A DNA stretch of 64,000 bases from Candidatus Methanoperedenaceae archaeon (GCA_963753595.1 CAVWCX010000033.1:39360-103359), one strand, 5' to 3'; positions 11,903-21,674 are shown, numbered from the stretch's first letter. A program made the numbers and translations. Notes: generated from the sequence alone by a model not told the origin.

Positions 11903-12553
11903 TTAAGGCTTCTGCCCCTCAATAAATCCCACCATATCAATCAATTTTGCTTTCGTATAGAAGTGGTCGGTCTCCATGCCCGTGATAAAATCAATTGTCT
12001 TAATTCTATGTGTATCAAATTCTTCTTTGTTAGCCTGATAGAAATCTGAAATTTTTCGCAATAATGAATCGTTAAAATTTTTATTGACATCAAATCCTTT
12101 GCAGAAATAACGATCTAAGGCTGGGACATTGCCGAATACTCCGAGCATTGTCTTTGTAACTAACGTAGGAGATGCATTTTTGCCGAGACAACCAGAAATC
12201 TGTTTATAGATTTCACGCAACAATAAAATATTCTCCTCTGAGTAATCTAGATCAATCTCCCAATAAATTTTTGGCATTTTGGCGATAGCAGATATTAGTT
12301 CTTCATAATGCTTTACACTTTTCTGACGTAGAAAATCACCTCTCAGCATTCCCCAACTGGCAAGAAAAAAGCCAATTTGCAAGCAACTTAACTGAATATT
12401 AGTATAGTTGGCGATAGCCTCAATATTTCCATTCTCATAAAATTCACGGAAATAATTATAGCAGTAATCAAAAGATGAATATCTCTTATCGGATGAACGA
12501 TCTTTCAAAAAAGCCTCTATGTTGTCACTGATATTCATTTTTCTCGAAGTCAT
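11903..12553 (-). CDS. Hypothetical protein with FFLASWGMLRG and TLVTKTMLGVFG motifs
   Basis: 216-aa low-GC ORF with motif-like blocks. Function not recognised. Confidence 0.75.
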   Translation of the reverse strand: MTSRKMNISDNIEAFLKDRSSDKRYSSFDYCYNYFREFYENGNIEAIANYTNIQLSCLQIGFFLASWGMLRGDFLRQKSVKHYEELISAIAKMPKIYWEIDLDYSEENILLLREIYKQISGCLGKNASPTLVTKTMLGVFGNVPALDRYFCKGFDVNKNFNDSLLRKISDFYQANKEEFDTHRIKTIDFITGMETDHFYTKAKLIDMVGFIEGQKP

Positions 12554-12720
12554 TCTGCATTATTCACTCTATATGAACTTAAGTTTTTGCTAATAAAATT
12601 CCATCTCGTAATATTGATGGTCATTATTGTATATGATATCAATTATTGTATAATAGCCGAGCCGATGGAAAGATGTTTGAGAGTGTCACGACAAGGAACG
12701 ACCCGAAAAAAAGGTTATAT

Positions 12721-12790
12721 GGAGAGGTTGTCTAATTGTTCTTAGTTTAATAATAAACAAACACGACCTTGATGCAAAGGATTTTTTGAA
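12721..12790 (+). repeat. Second copy of the cassette-flanking direct repeat
   Basis: GGAGAGGTTGTCTAATTGTTCTTAGTTTAATAATAAACAAAC compared with GGAGACGTTGTTGAATTGTTCTTAGCTTAATAATAAACAAAC at 11761. Confidence 0.8.
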
Positions 12791-13110
12791 TAACCCTTAT
12801 ATTTTATTTGTCCCTGGTTTTGGAATTATGATACTACACTAATAATAATCCTTCCGCTTCACTTTCGGCTTTATTCTATATTAGCCAGGGCGCGCCGCAC
12901 AAGCGCGGACGCGCTCAGGAAGATCATCAGAAATCCCTAATAACATAAAGGCATTTTGAATGTAATCATTTTATATGATGGGTGATGAGCGCCGCACTAA
13001 GCACGCCTCCCAATGGGTTCGGGCATTGCCGAATCCGCCTGCGGGTGCGTACTTACTGCGGGAGGCTGAGCGACAGTCCTGCGCCGGATGCTCGGACAGT
13101 CGCGTTTTAA

Positions 13111-13283
13111 GAGCTTGTCTGAATATTTATTTTGGACAGGATTTACAGGATGGACAGGATTAATTTCCATCCTGTAAATCCTGTAATCCTGTCCAAAAAT
13201 GCCTCTGAATACTCACTCATAACCAATTATGTGCATCGAATCGGTGTGAAAACCAAATGTAGGTCAAATTTTCAGACAAGCTC
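13111..13283. mobile_element. 173-bp MITE with TAA target duplication (IS5-like ends)
   Basis: Perfect 13-bp TIR GAGCTTGTCTGAA/TTCAGACAAGCTC (17/18 when extended), with TAA on both sides (13108-13110 and 13284-13286). Internal ACAGGAT x3 / ATCCTGT x3 palindrome. Confidence 0.85.
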
Positions 13284-13741
13284 TAAGTGATTTCTCACGC
13301 TGTCCCTTTTCACTAAAGAGGTGCGCAAAACAACTATCGTCCTTTCGTTCACGCAAAAAGAAATCCGTCACCTGTAGACAATAAAACTCAGGGAGGTGGC
13401 AAAGGAAAATCAGCGCGCTTGGATTGAGCAAGAGGGAATATCATCATGTGAATGTTTAAACTTTAGAACATGTTAAAGATATATACACTAAATATTGATA
13501 TAAATCTGCATTTCCCTAAAAACAGGTAATATTCCCTTGAATCGGGTTTAATTCTCTGAAAATAGGAACTTATAACCGCACAGCCCAAGCGCGAAGTGGC
13601 GCAAAAAAATGTAAGTGAGAATATATAGCACAAGTTATTTTATCCATGTAAACCTATACAATCGACAAAACTCTCTCTCCCAATTGAACCTGTCTGGAAA
13701 TTAAGGAAAATATTTATCCGATAACGACTTTCACTCAGCTC

Positions 13742-14104
13742 ATGCAAATACGCAGATGCTGCCCGGCTGATTGTGCTATCAGGACTGACTGGGAAACAGA
13801 ACTAAAAGAAGAAAAGGATTTTTTAGATGGAACTAATTTCAAAGAAGCAAGCAGCTTATTAAAACTCCTGGGTTCCCCGTTGAGGCTAAAAATTGCATTA
13901 ATGCTGCTTAACAGGGACCACTGCGTATGTGAAATAATATACCAGCTGGATGAAAAACAGAATCTTGTGTCACATAATCTGGGAATACTCAAAAGAAGTA
14001 AAATAATAGATTCGTATTATCGCTCCAAACATAAATATTATAAACTGGATGAGAAAGGGTTTAAATTAATAAAATATATCAAAGAGAACATGATGAAAAA
14101 CTAA
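13742..14104 (+). CDS. ArsR/SmtB family transcriptional regulator
   Basis: LRLKI..LL...HCVCEI.......QNLVSHNL helix-turn-helix, with an N-terminal CCPADC. Confidence 0.9.
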   Translation: MQIRRCCPADCAIRTDWETELKEEKDFLDGTNFKEASSLLKLLGSPLRLKIALMLLNRDHCVCEIIYQLDEKQNLVSHNLGILKRSKIIDSYYRSKHKYYKLDEKGFKLIKYIKENMMKN

Positions 14105-15178
14105 ATGGGTGATATAATGGATGTACAGGTTATAAAAACACAGCACAGCAGGGTAAATGAAACAGATTTTGAGAATCTGGGATTTGGAGAGGTTTTTTCA
14201 GACCACATGTTAAGTATGGATTACAAGAATGGTGAGTGGACATCACCGCAAATTATCCCTTTTGGCAAGATCGGGATATTTCCTTCAATGTGTTCACTGC
14301 ATTATGGACAGGTAGTTTTTGAAGGTTTAAAGGCGTTTAAAACAAAAAAAGGGATCCATGTATTCCGCCCGGGGAAATATCATGAGCGTCTGAATAAGTC
14401 ATGCCAGAGGCTCTGTATCCCTGAGATCGGATATGAGACCTTTATTGAAGCATTAACAGAACTCCTGAAACTTGACCAAAAATGGATCAGTGGAAAAAAG
14501 GGCATCTCACTGTACATCCGTCCATTTATATTTGCTACAGACGATTTTCTCGGGGTCAAAATATCTAAAACCTACAAGTTTATGATAATAACCTCGCCTG
14601 TCGGGGCTTATTATGCAGAAGGTTTTAATCCCATCAGGCTGGTAACATCAGGGAAATATGTCCGCGCAGCTAAAGGGGGGCTGGGTGCTGCCAAAACACC
14701 GGCAAACTATGCTGCAAGCCTGCTGCCTGCCGAAGAGGCAAAACATAATGGTTTCTCGCAGGTTTTATGGCTTGACAGTATCGAAGGGAAATATGTTGAG
14801 GAAAGCGGAGCTATGAACGTATTTTTCCTTATAGGGGATGAACTGGTCACTCCTTCCCTGGAAAGCTGTATACTTGATGGAGTGACACGAAATACAGTGA
14901 TACATCTGGCAAAAGAATCAGGAATCCATGTTACTGAGCGAAGAATATCGATCGATGAAGTAATATCAGCATCTAATGAGGGAAGATTGAAAGAGGTTTT
15001 CGGGACCGGAACTGCGGCTGTTATCTCACCGGTCGGCGCGATCCAGCATAACGATATTCTGATGTCCATAAATGATGGAAAGACCGGCGCATTAGCACAG
15101 AAGTTATATGATGAAATAACCGGCATCCATTATGGAGAAAGAGAAAATGATTTCGGATGGTGTCATTGGATCACATGA
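14105..15178 (+). CDS. ilvE: Branched-chain amino acid aminotransferase (bacterial-type long form)
   Basis: LHYGQ..FEGLKA, LYIRP, AK...NY, EESGAMN, ILDGVTR and GTGTAAVISPV motifs. Confidence 0.95.
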   Translation: MGDIMDVQVIKTQHSRVNETDFENLGFGEVFSDHMLSMDYKNGEWTSPQIIPFGKIGIFPSMCSLHYGQVVFEGLKAFKTKKGIHVFRPGKYHERLNKSCQRLCIPEIGYETFIEALTELLKLDQKWISGKKGISLYIRPFIFATDDFLGVKISKTYKFMIITSPVGAYYAEGFNPIRLVTSGKYVRAAKGGLGAAKTPANYAASLLPAEEAKHNGFSQVLWLDSIEGKYVEESGAMNVFFLIGDELVTPSLESCILDGVTRNTVIHLAKESGIHVTERRISIDEVISASNEGRLKEVFGTGTAAVISPVGAIQHNDILMSINDGKTGALAQKLYDEITGIHYGERENDFGWCHWIT

Positions 15179-15260
15179 AAACACCGTGACGAATTTGTCT
15201 CCTGAAGCGGACTGACAAATCAACCTGTAAAATATCTGAAAAATCGTGGGTGTAAAATCT

Positions 15261-15464
15261 CGCAAAGAGTAACTTTGCGCTCTTTGCGTACTGGTATGAA
15301 AAAAATAAACAACTAACTCTTACGAACTTAAACGAACTCACGCTACCGGAGTTCGTAACATTCGTTTAGTTCGCTATTTTTTTCATGTTCATTTATGAAC
15401 CACAGTTAATGGCCGACTTTGCGGTGCACGATTTTTCACCGCAAAGGGCGCAAAGCACGCAAAG
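15261..15464. repeat. Nested palindromic repeat element, copy B
   Basis: Shares CTGGTAT-A-run-AACAACTAACTCT..ACGAACT...GGAGTTCGT...GTTCATTTATGAACCACAGTT.ATGGCCGACTTTGCG with copy A. Followed by CGCAAAG x3. Confidence 0.85.
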
Positions 15465-15580
15465 GCTCAACACCAGACTTTTTGACAGCCCCGAAAAATC
15501 AAAAGAATTGTAACATAAGATAGTATTTAATAGAATAAACCCTAAAATGTCATTACAGCAATCTATTATAAAAAAATGGA

Positions 15581-16780
15581 GTGAAATATATGGCAGTGGA
15601 ATTAAAAGAAGGCGTTTACTGGGTTGGAGTTGTTGACTGGAATATCAAGCAGTTTCACGGACACGAATATTCAACACACCGTGGCACGACCTATAACGCA
15701 TACCTTATAATCGATGAAAAAGTCGCTCTCGTGGACACGGTCTGGAGTCCTTTTTCACAAGAGATGATACAGAACATTGGGAAGATCATCGATGTAAAGA
15801 AGATCGATTACGTGATCGCAAACCATGCCGAGGTTGACCATTCGGGGGGGCTTCCTGAATTAATGAAACTTATCCCGAATGCTACTGTTGTTGTTTCAGA
15901 AAAAGGAAGGGAAAGTATTCCCAGACATTATCACGAAGATTGGAATTTCAAGGTCGTAAAGACAGGTGACAGCATAAGCCTGGGGAAAAACAATCTCGTT
16001 TTCGTAGCAGCGCCAATGCTTCACTGGCCAGACAGCATGTTCACATATCTTACAGGTAAAAATATCCTTATGCCAAACGATGCTTTCGGCATGCATTTTG
16101 CATCTTCTTCCCGTTTTAATGATGAAGTTGACGAAATAGAAGTGTACCAGGAAGCAATAAAATTCTATGCAAATATCCTCACGCCTTTTAGCGACCTTGT
16201 TATAAGGAAAATAGATGAATTCAAGAAACTGAATATACCTGTGGATATAATAGCGCCAAGCCATGGGATAATATGGAGAAAAGACCCTCTGCAGATAGTG
16301 AATAAATATTATGAATGGGCGCAGGGAAAGAACGATGGCTCAGTCGTGATCATATATGATACAATGTGGAAAGCCACAGAAAAAATGGGGCAGGCTATCG
16401 GTGATGGACTTGAAAAGGAAGGAGTGAAATATAAATTATTCAATATGGCAGTATGCGACAGGAACGATGTGCTTACAGAGGTTTTTAAGACAAAAGGTAT
16501 CATTATCGGTTCACCAGCATTGAATAATGGTCTTTTGCCGACTATTAAGCCAATACTTGAAGACCTTAAGGGATTGAAGTTCAAGAATAAAGTTGGCGCA
16601 GCTTTCGGGTCATACGGCTGGAGCGGCGAAAACGTCAAGCATATTGAGGAAACGCTGGAAAAAGCTAAAATAAAGATCCTCCAGGAAGGTATAAAATTCA
16701 AATGGCAGCCTTCGGCAGAGGAACTTGATAAATGCGTGGAATTCGGAAGGCAGTTCGCGCAAAAAATGAAAGCTGGATAG
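15581..16780 (+). CDS. fprA: Flavodiiron protein (O2/NO reductase, FprA family)
   Basis: GTTYNAY, NHAEVDHSG, LHWPD and APSHG motifs, plus a flavodoxin domain with AFGSYGWSG. Confidence 0.95.
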   Translation: MKYMAVELKEGVYWVGVVDWNIKQFHGHEYSTHRGTTYNAYLIIDEKVALVDTVWSPFSQEMIQNIGKIIDVKKIDYVIANHAEVDHSGGLPELMKLIPNATVVVSEKGRESIPRHYHEDWNFKVVKTGDSISLGKNNLVFVAAPMLHWPDSMFTYLTGKNILMPNDAFGMHFASSSRFNDEVDEIEVYQEAIKFYANILTPFSDLVIRKIDEFKKLNIPVDIIAPSHGIIWRKDPLQIVNKYYEWAQGKNDGSVVIIYDTMWKATEKMGQAIGDGLEKEGVKYKLFNMAVCDRNDVLTEVFKTKGIIIGSPALNNGLLPTIKPILEDLKGLKFKNKVGAAFGSYGWSGENVKHIEETLEKAKIKILQEGIKFKWQPSAEELDKCVEFGRQFAQKMKAG

Positions 16781-16786
16781 AATCGA

Positions 16787-17752
16787 TCATTCAAAAGGGT
16801 TGCCGACACTTGCGAATAATGCCATGATGCGGATACGTCCGGTCATGGTATCATCCACATTGGCGCCCCAGATTATTCTTTTTGTACCTGGCACCTCTTT
16901 TGCCATTAATTCACCAACATGTGCCACTTCTTCAAGCGTCAGGTCCTGCCCGCCGCTGATGTGGATCAGCAGACCATGTGAAGATGCAAGATCAGGAATA
17001 TCCAGAAGAGGAGATGAGACTGCTTTTAATACTGCTTTTTTCACACGATCCGGACCTTCTGATTCCCCGATCCCGAATGAAGAAATGCCTCCCTTTTCAA
17101 GCACCGCTTTTAAGTCTGCAAAATCAAGGTTCATAAGGCTTGGGAGGGTGATGGTTTCTGTAATACTTTTGATGAATGCTCCTATTAATGAATTTGCCAC
17201 AGCAAAAGCCGCCTTAAGAGGCAGGTTACCTGCCACTTGCCTGAGTTTTGTGTTATCTATCAAAACGACAGAATCACATGTTTCGCAAAGAGCAACTATT
17301 GCTTTTTTAGCGTATTCACGTCTTAGTGACTCAATTTCAAAAGGCATTGTAAGGCAGGCTATTGTAAGTGCGCCCATGGAACGTGAAATTTCAGCAACAA
17401 CAGGAGCGCAGCCTGTACCAGTCCCGCCCCCAAGACCTGCAACTATAAATACGATATTTGCTTCTCCGAGTTCATTTCGTATCTCTTGCGAACTCTCACG
17501 AGCACATTCTGCTCCCACTTCCGGGAATCCGCCGCATCCTTTGCCTTTGCTTCGTTCTTTTCCGATAAGGAGTAATTTGTCAGCCTTCTGGAGGATCAGG
17601 TGACTTATATCAGAATTTGCCGCGATGGTTTTTGCACCCGCAATGTTTTTTTCTGACAGGAAGGTTATGATATTGTTCCCGGCCCCACCAAGGCCAATAA
17701 CAGATACCGATGGTTTTGATGCTTTGATTATTTCGGTAAATTCTGAATTCAT
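16787..17752 (-). CDS. ftsZ: FtsZ-family tubulin-like GTPase (short paralog)
   Basis: GLGGAGNN, GGGTGTG signature, PF..E and NLDFAD T7 loop. Confidence 0.9.
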   Translation of the reverse strand: MNSEFTEIIKASKPSVSVIGLGGAGNNIITFLSEKNIAGAKTIAANSDISHLILQKADKLLLIGKERSKGKGCGGFPEVGAECARESSQEIRNELGEANIVFIVAGLGGGTGTGCAPVVAEISRSMGALTIACLTMPFEIESLRREYAKKAIVALCETCDSVVLIDNTKLRQVAGNLPLKAAFAVANSLIGAFIKSITETITLPSLMNLDFADLKAVLEKGGISSFGIGESEGPDRVKKAVLKAVSSPLLDIPDLASSHGLLIHISGGQDLTLEEVAHVGELMAKEVPGTKRIIWGANVDDTMTGRIRIMALFASVGNPFE

Positions 17753-17854
17753 TATAAGCGTTTAATATGGTCTATTTGATATAAATATATTTTCAATATA
17801 ATGACTCAACTTCATGATGAACATATTAAATATGTTCAAGGAAGATATGATATT

Positions 17855-18205
17855 ATGAAACGATTAATTATCATTTTTTTAATATCAATTTATTTCACCG
17901 GCTGTGTGGAACAAAGCCGGGATGAACCGATCATCTATGATAATTCTGTCATCCCCGAATATTCACCTGTTGTGGACATAGCTAAACAGGACCTTTCTGA
18001 ACTATTGAATATTCCTGTTGAAAATATCCAGTTAGTTAAAGCAGAAGCGGTCGAGTGGCCGGATACCAGTCTTGGCTATCCGGAAAAAGGCATGATGTAT
18101 GCTCAGGTAATTACACCCGGCTTTAAGATCATCTTAAAAGCAGGAGATAAAATATACGAATACCACAGCGATTATAAAAGAGTAGCAGGACCCGGAGAAA
18201 TATAA
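17855..18205 (+). CDS. Putative lipoprotein
   Basis: MKRLIIIFLISIYFTGC lipobox-like signal, and WPDTSLGYP..GMMYAQVITPG. Confidence 0.75.
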   Translation: MKRLIIIFLISIYFTGCVEQSRDEPIIYDNSVIPEYSPVVDIAKQDLSELLNIPVENIQLVKAEAVEWPDTSLGYPEKGMMYAQVITPGFKIILKAGDKIYEYHSDYKRVAGPGEI

Positions 18206-18217
18206 TATCTTAATATC

Positions 18218-19027
18218 TCAATAACGAAGATAATTTCCTGTCTTTTTTAAGTATTTTCCAAAAGCCAGACCCGCTACCACTCCGCTTAAGTGTGCGCTTC
18301 TTGCTACCATGTCACCGCTTGAGCCTATGAACAAAAGGTCAAAAAGAGCGAAAAATATCAAAGCATATGTTATCTTCATTCGAATAAAAAAAAACAAACC
18401 AACCTCGATATCCGGCGCAATAACAGCAAGACATGCAAATATCCCGAACAAGGCGCCGCTTGCACCTACAGCAGAAGTATGATGCCCGATAATATAAATG
18501 GACCATAAGGAATAACCCAGAGCTGCTATTACTCCTGAAATGAAATAGACATAAAAGAATCTTTTACCCCCTATTCTGCGTTCAAGTTCAGGTCCAAAGA
18601 AAAACAGGAACATCATATTGAAAAGGAGATGTACTGGTCCTGAATGAAGGAACATATGGGTGACAAGTGTCCATGGCCTTGAGAAAATATAATCGGGTGA
18701 AAGAGCCAGATAATAAGAATATCCGGGAATAATATACTGCAGCACAAAAGAAATTAGAGCAATTATAAGAATTGTCAGGGAATAATTACTTTTAATCGCA
18801 GATATAATATTATTTAATGAATGGAAGAAAGGATTTGGTTTTCGTCTAACTACAGAATCCCTCTTATAAAATATCCTGCTATCGCTTGATCTGGATTTAT
18901 ATTCTAAAAGCCCTGGACAATTATGTGATTCAGGGAGCCGGTGATTATAACAATAGGAATTGCCGCAGAATTTGCATGTGAACGGCATAGGGTCCCTGAA
19001 ACCGCAAAAATAACATTCTTTTGTCAT
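18218..19027 (-). CDS. Rhomboid intramembrane serine protease with N-terminal AN1 zinc finger
   Basis: CKFCG..YC..HRLPESHNC zinc finger, HLLFNM, catalytic GASG and AHLSG. Confidence 0.93.
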   Translation of the reverse strand: MTKECYFCGFRDPMPFTCKFCGNSYCYNHRLPESHNCPGLLEYKSRSSDSRIFYKRDSVVRRKPNPFFHSLNNIISAIKSNYSLTILIIALISFVLQYIIPGYSYYLALSPDYIFSRPWTLVTHMFLHSGPVHLLFNMMFLFFFGPELERRIGGKRFFYVYFISGVIAALGYSLWSIYIIGHHTSAVGASGALFGIFACLAVIAPDIEVGLFFFIRMKITYALIFFALFDLLFIGSSGDMVARSAHLSGVVAGLAFGKYLKKTGNYLRY

Positions 19028-19063
19028 AATTATCTATTTTTTCGACGCTGATCATTCATAATA

Positions 19064-19774
19064 TCACCCAGGGTTATTAATTTGTTTGGATATTACTTCT
19101 TTTTCAAATCTTCCCTGGAAGAATACATATACCTCAATTGTTTTACCTTTCTGGTACTGCCTCATCATCCGGTCATACATCTGCTTGCTGTTTCTCAGAT
19201 CATTTTCTTTGAAATATCTCTCTATTTCCTTGATAAAACCAAGTTTTTGCCTGAGAAATCCTGATTCGTAGTCCCTTACGGATTTCAGTATCTCTTCGCA
19301 CATCTTTTCGCTTATTTCATTGTGATACGATCCGTGCAGATCCAGACCGCCTATTTGCCTGAATTCTATATTTCCTTCTTCATCAGGCTCCCTGTGAAGC
19401 ATATAAGGGTATATTTTGCATATCAAGGGACGGACTTCATAATGAAGGCATCTTCCGCCAATATAGAATATGCAATCCCCGTTCGGTTTTGTTTTCAGAG
19501 CATAACCCATTACATAAAATCTTCCAAGATTGTCACAGATATCAAAATATGGCGCAGGCCTGAGAAATTCCCGCCCGCAGTTTTCGATTATCCTTTGTGC
19601 ATCATCATCGAGCAGGAAGACATGATCGTTAAATTCACTCGTACAGCATTTACCGCAGAAATCGCAAACAAATCCCACTTCACGGATTATTTTAAAATAA
19701 TCTTCATCAGAAAATGAACTGATACTCTCTATTTCTTTTTCAATATCGACTGCGTTCATTATTGATTTAATCAA
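19064..19774 (-). CDS. YkgJ-family CxxCxxCC cysteine-cluster protein
   Basis: FVCDFCGKCC, CIF and C..YEVRPLICKIYPY motifs. Confidence 0.88.
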   Translation of the reverse strand: MIKSIMNAVDIEKEIESISSFSDEDYFKIIREVGFVCDFCGKCCTSEFNDHVFLLDDDAQRIIENCGREFLRPAPYFDICDNLGRFYVMGYALKTKPNGDCIFYIGGRCLHYEVRPLICKIYPYMLHREPDEEGNIEFRQIGGLDLHGSYHNEISEKMCEEILKSVRDYESGFLRQKLGFIKEIERYFKENDLRNSKQMYDRMMRQYQKGKTIEVYVFFQGRFEKEVISKQINNPG

Positions 19775-19910
19775 CTCTTCATGATAAATAGTTATAACAT
19801 ATAAAATAATGATGAAAAAAATGATAAGTTATATAAAGCATTGCGTTAAAAGTAACTTGTCAAAAACGGGATTAAGTGAAGGATAGATCGATTATGAGAG
19901 GTATCATTGA

Positions 19911-20864
19911 ATGTCTCTAAGCAAAAAAAAATATTCACTATTTAAAAATAAATACCTATTGATTTTAGCGATTCTGTTATCGTTATTTATCGGTGTAGCT
20001 ACTGCCCAGGAAGATGTTTCATGTTATCATTGCCACACTAAAGTGGTGACTGAATTCAGGAACAATATTCATTATGATAAAGGCTTTAACTGCGCAAGTT
20101 GCCATGGTGGAACAGAAAAATCCAATTCCAGTTTGATCTCCAATTCTGTAATGTCAGGAGATTTTGTGGGCAGGCCAACAAGAAATCATATAACAGACAT
20201 TTGCTCTAAATGTCATATAAAGGAAACTGAAGATTATAAGACAAGCATTCACTGGGATGCGATCCAAAAAGGCCATCCTGAGGCTGCAACATGCACGGAT
20301 TGCCATGGGATACATGAGATCCGCGCAATAAAAGATCCCAATTCATCATCTAATCATCAAAACAGTCCTGCTACATGCGCCAGGTGCCATTCAAACAAGG
20401 AAATGATGAGCGCATGGTATTACGGTATTAAGGCAGACCGATTCGATACTTATAAAGAATCATTCCATTGGAGGGCGCTTGATAAAGGCTATACCCTGGT
20501 CGCTACATGTGCTGATTGCCATGAAAATCATAAAACAAAATCACATAAGGATCCTGCTTCCAGCACATATACTGAAAATCTCCCAAAGACTTGTGGAAAA
20601 GCAAACTGCCATGAAGGTGTGAATTTTGATGCTAATGTGGCAACAGGGCTTGTCCATGACAAAGAATCTTTGCATACTGGCGAGCTGAAGTGGAATAAAA
20701 CAGGCATGGAACCTCAGATGAAGGAATATTTCCTGGGTCCATTTGATCTTGCATACTGGATAGCAATATTTTTCAAGATATTGACAACTACCGTAATAGG
20801 TTTCTTTACAGGAATGGTCATTCTTGATTTCCTTTCTAGACTCAGGATCCAGAGGAGATTTTAG
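19911..20864 (+). CDS. Multiheme cytochrome c (6 CxxCH + 1 CX4CH) with signal peptide and C-terminal TM
   Basis: CYHCH, CASCH, CSKCH, CTDCH, CARCH, CADCH and CGKANCH. Confidence 0.93.
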   Translation: MSLSKKKYSLFKNKYLLILAILLSLFIGVATAQEDVSCYHCHTKVVTEFRNNIHYDKGFNCASCHGGTEKSNSSLISNSVMSGDFVGRPTRNHITDICSKCHIKETEDYKTSIHWDAIQKGHPEAATCTDCHGIHEIRAIKDPNSSSNHQNSPATCARCHSNKEMMSAWYYGIKADRFDTYKESFHWRALDKGYTLVATCADCHENHKTKSHKDPASSTYTENLPKTCGKANCHEGVNFDANVATGLVHDKESLHTGELKWNKTGMEPQMKEYFLGPFDLAYWIAIFFKILTTTVIGFFTGMVILDFLSRLRIQRRF

Positions 20865-20867
20865 AAT

Positions 20868-21626
20868 ATGTCCAGGCAAAAATTAATTGAAGTTACAGAT
20901 TCCAAAAAAAAAGGAGATAGAAATATGGGTGAAATTTTTTTTAAAAGGTTTACTTTCAATCAACTCGCACAACATTGGATAATGATCGGGACGTTCATGC
21001 TTTTAGTAATAAGCGGGATGCCCCTGAAATTCCCTGATGCGTGGTGGTCTCCGGTAATTATCAATCTACTTGGGGGATTTTCAATGAGGACACAGATACA
21101 TCATGCTGCAGGTATAGGGATGGTTGTCCTTGGGGTATATCACGTCGTGTATCATGTTTTTGTTGACAAGGAATCATTGCTTGATAGAAAAGTATGGCCG
21201 ACTATAAAGGATGCAAAGGATTTCTGGCAGACAATAATGTTCTACTTTGGAAAAGCCCCGGCGCCTAAATATGGAAGATATAGCTGGAAGGAGAAATTTG
21301 ATTACTGGGGCGCATTCTGGGGAATGGTGATGCTTTGCGTAACCGGGTTAATAATGTTATACCCATTCAAGGCTATGGAGGTAATTCCTTATGCTTATGT
21401 GCATCTTTCCACTATCGTCCATACAGATGAGGCATTACTGGCTACTCTGTTCATCTTTATTGTCCATTGGTGGAATGTTCATTACAGCCCTGAAGTATTC
21501 CCCATGTCAAAAGCATGGCTTACAGGCAACCTTTCAGAGGAACAGATGAAACATGAGCATACTCTTGAGTACGAAGAGGCCATGAGACAAATGAATGAAA
21601 AAGGCGAGAGCTCTTTTTCCAAATAA
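20868..21626 (+). CDS. Cytochrome b membrane subunit (FdnI/hydrogenase b-type)
   Basis: Four TM helices with His residues (QHW, IHH, VHTDEA, VHWW) and GRYSWKEKFDYW. Confidence 0.9.
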   Translation: MSRQKLIEVTDSKKKGDRNMGEIFFKRFTFNQLAQHWIMIGTFMLLVISGMPLKFPDAWWSPVIINLLGGFSMRTQIHHAAGIGMVVLGVYHVVYHVFVDKESLLDRKVWPTIKDAKDFWQTIMFYFGKAPAPKYGRYSWKEKFDYWGAFWGMVMLCVTGLIMLYPFKAMEVIPYAYVHLSTIVHTDEALLATLFIFIVHWWNVHYSPEVFPMSKAWLTGNLSEEQMKHEHTLEYEEAMRQMNEKGESSFSK

Positions 21627-21640
21627 TTTGTATTAATATT

Positions 21641-21674
21641 TGCCAGCCGGGCTGGCAGATAGTTTTCTTTTTTT
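21641..21674 (+). terminator. Hairpin plus T-tract after the cytochrome b gene
   Basis: TGCCAGCC-G-GGCTGGCA followed by TTTTCTTTTTTT. Confidence 0.6.

Noticed and set aside
12975-13163. 62-aa ORF ending QDLQDGQD
   Set aside because: It runs into the MITE, and its tail is just the translated ACAGGAT repeat.
16800-17603. Long antisense ORFs (e.g. 345-983, 16800-17603, 28602-29195, 36328-36903, 42152-42736, 52374-52859)
   Set aside because: They are shadows of well-supported genes on the opposite strand and lack recognisable motifs.
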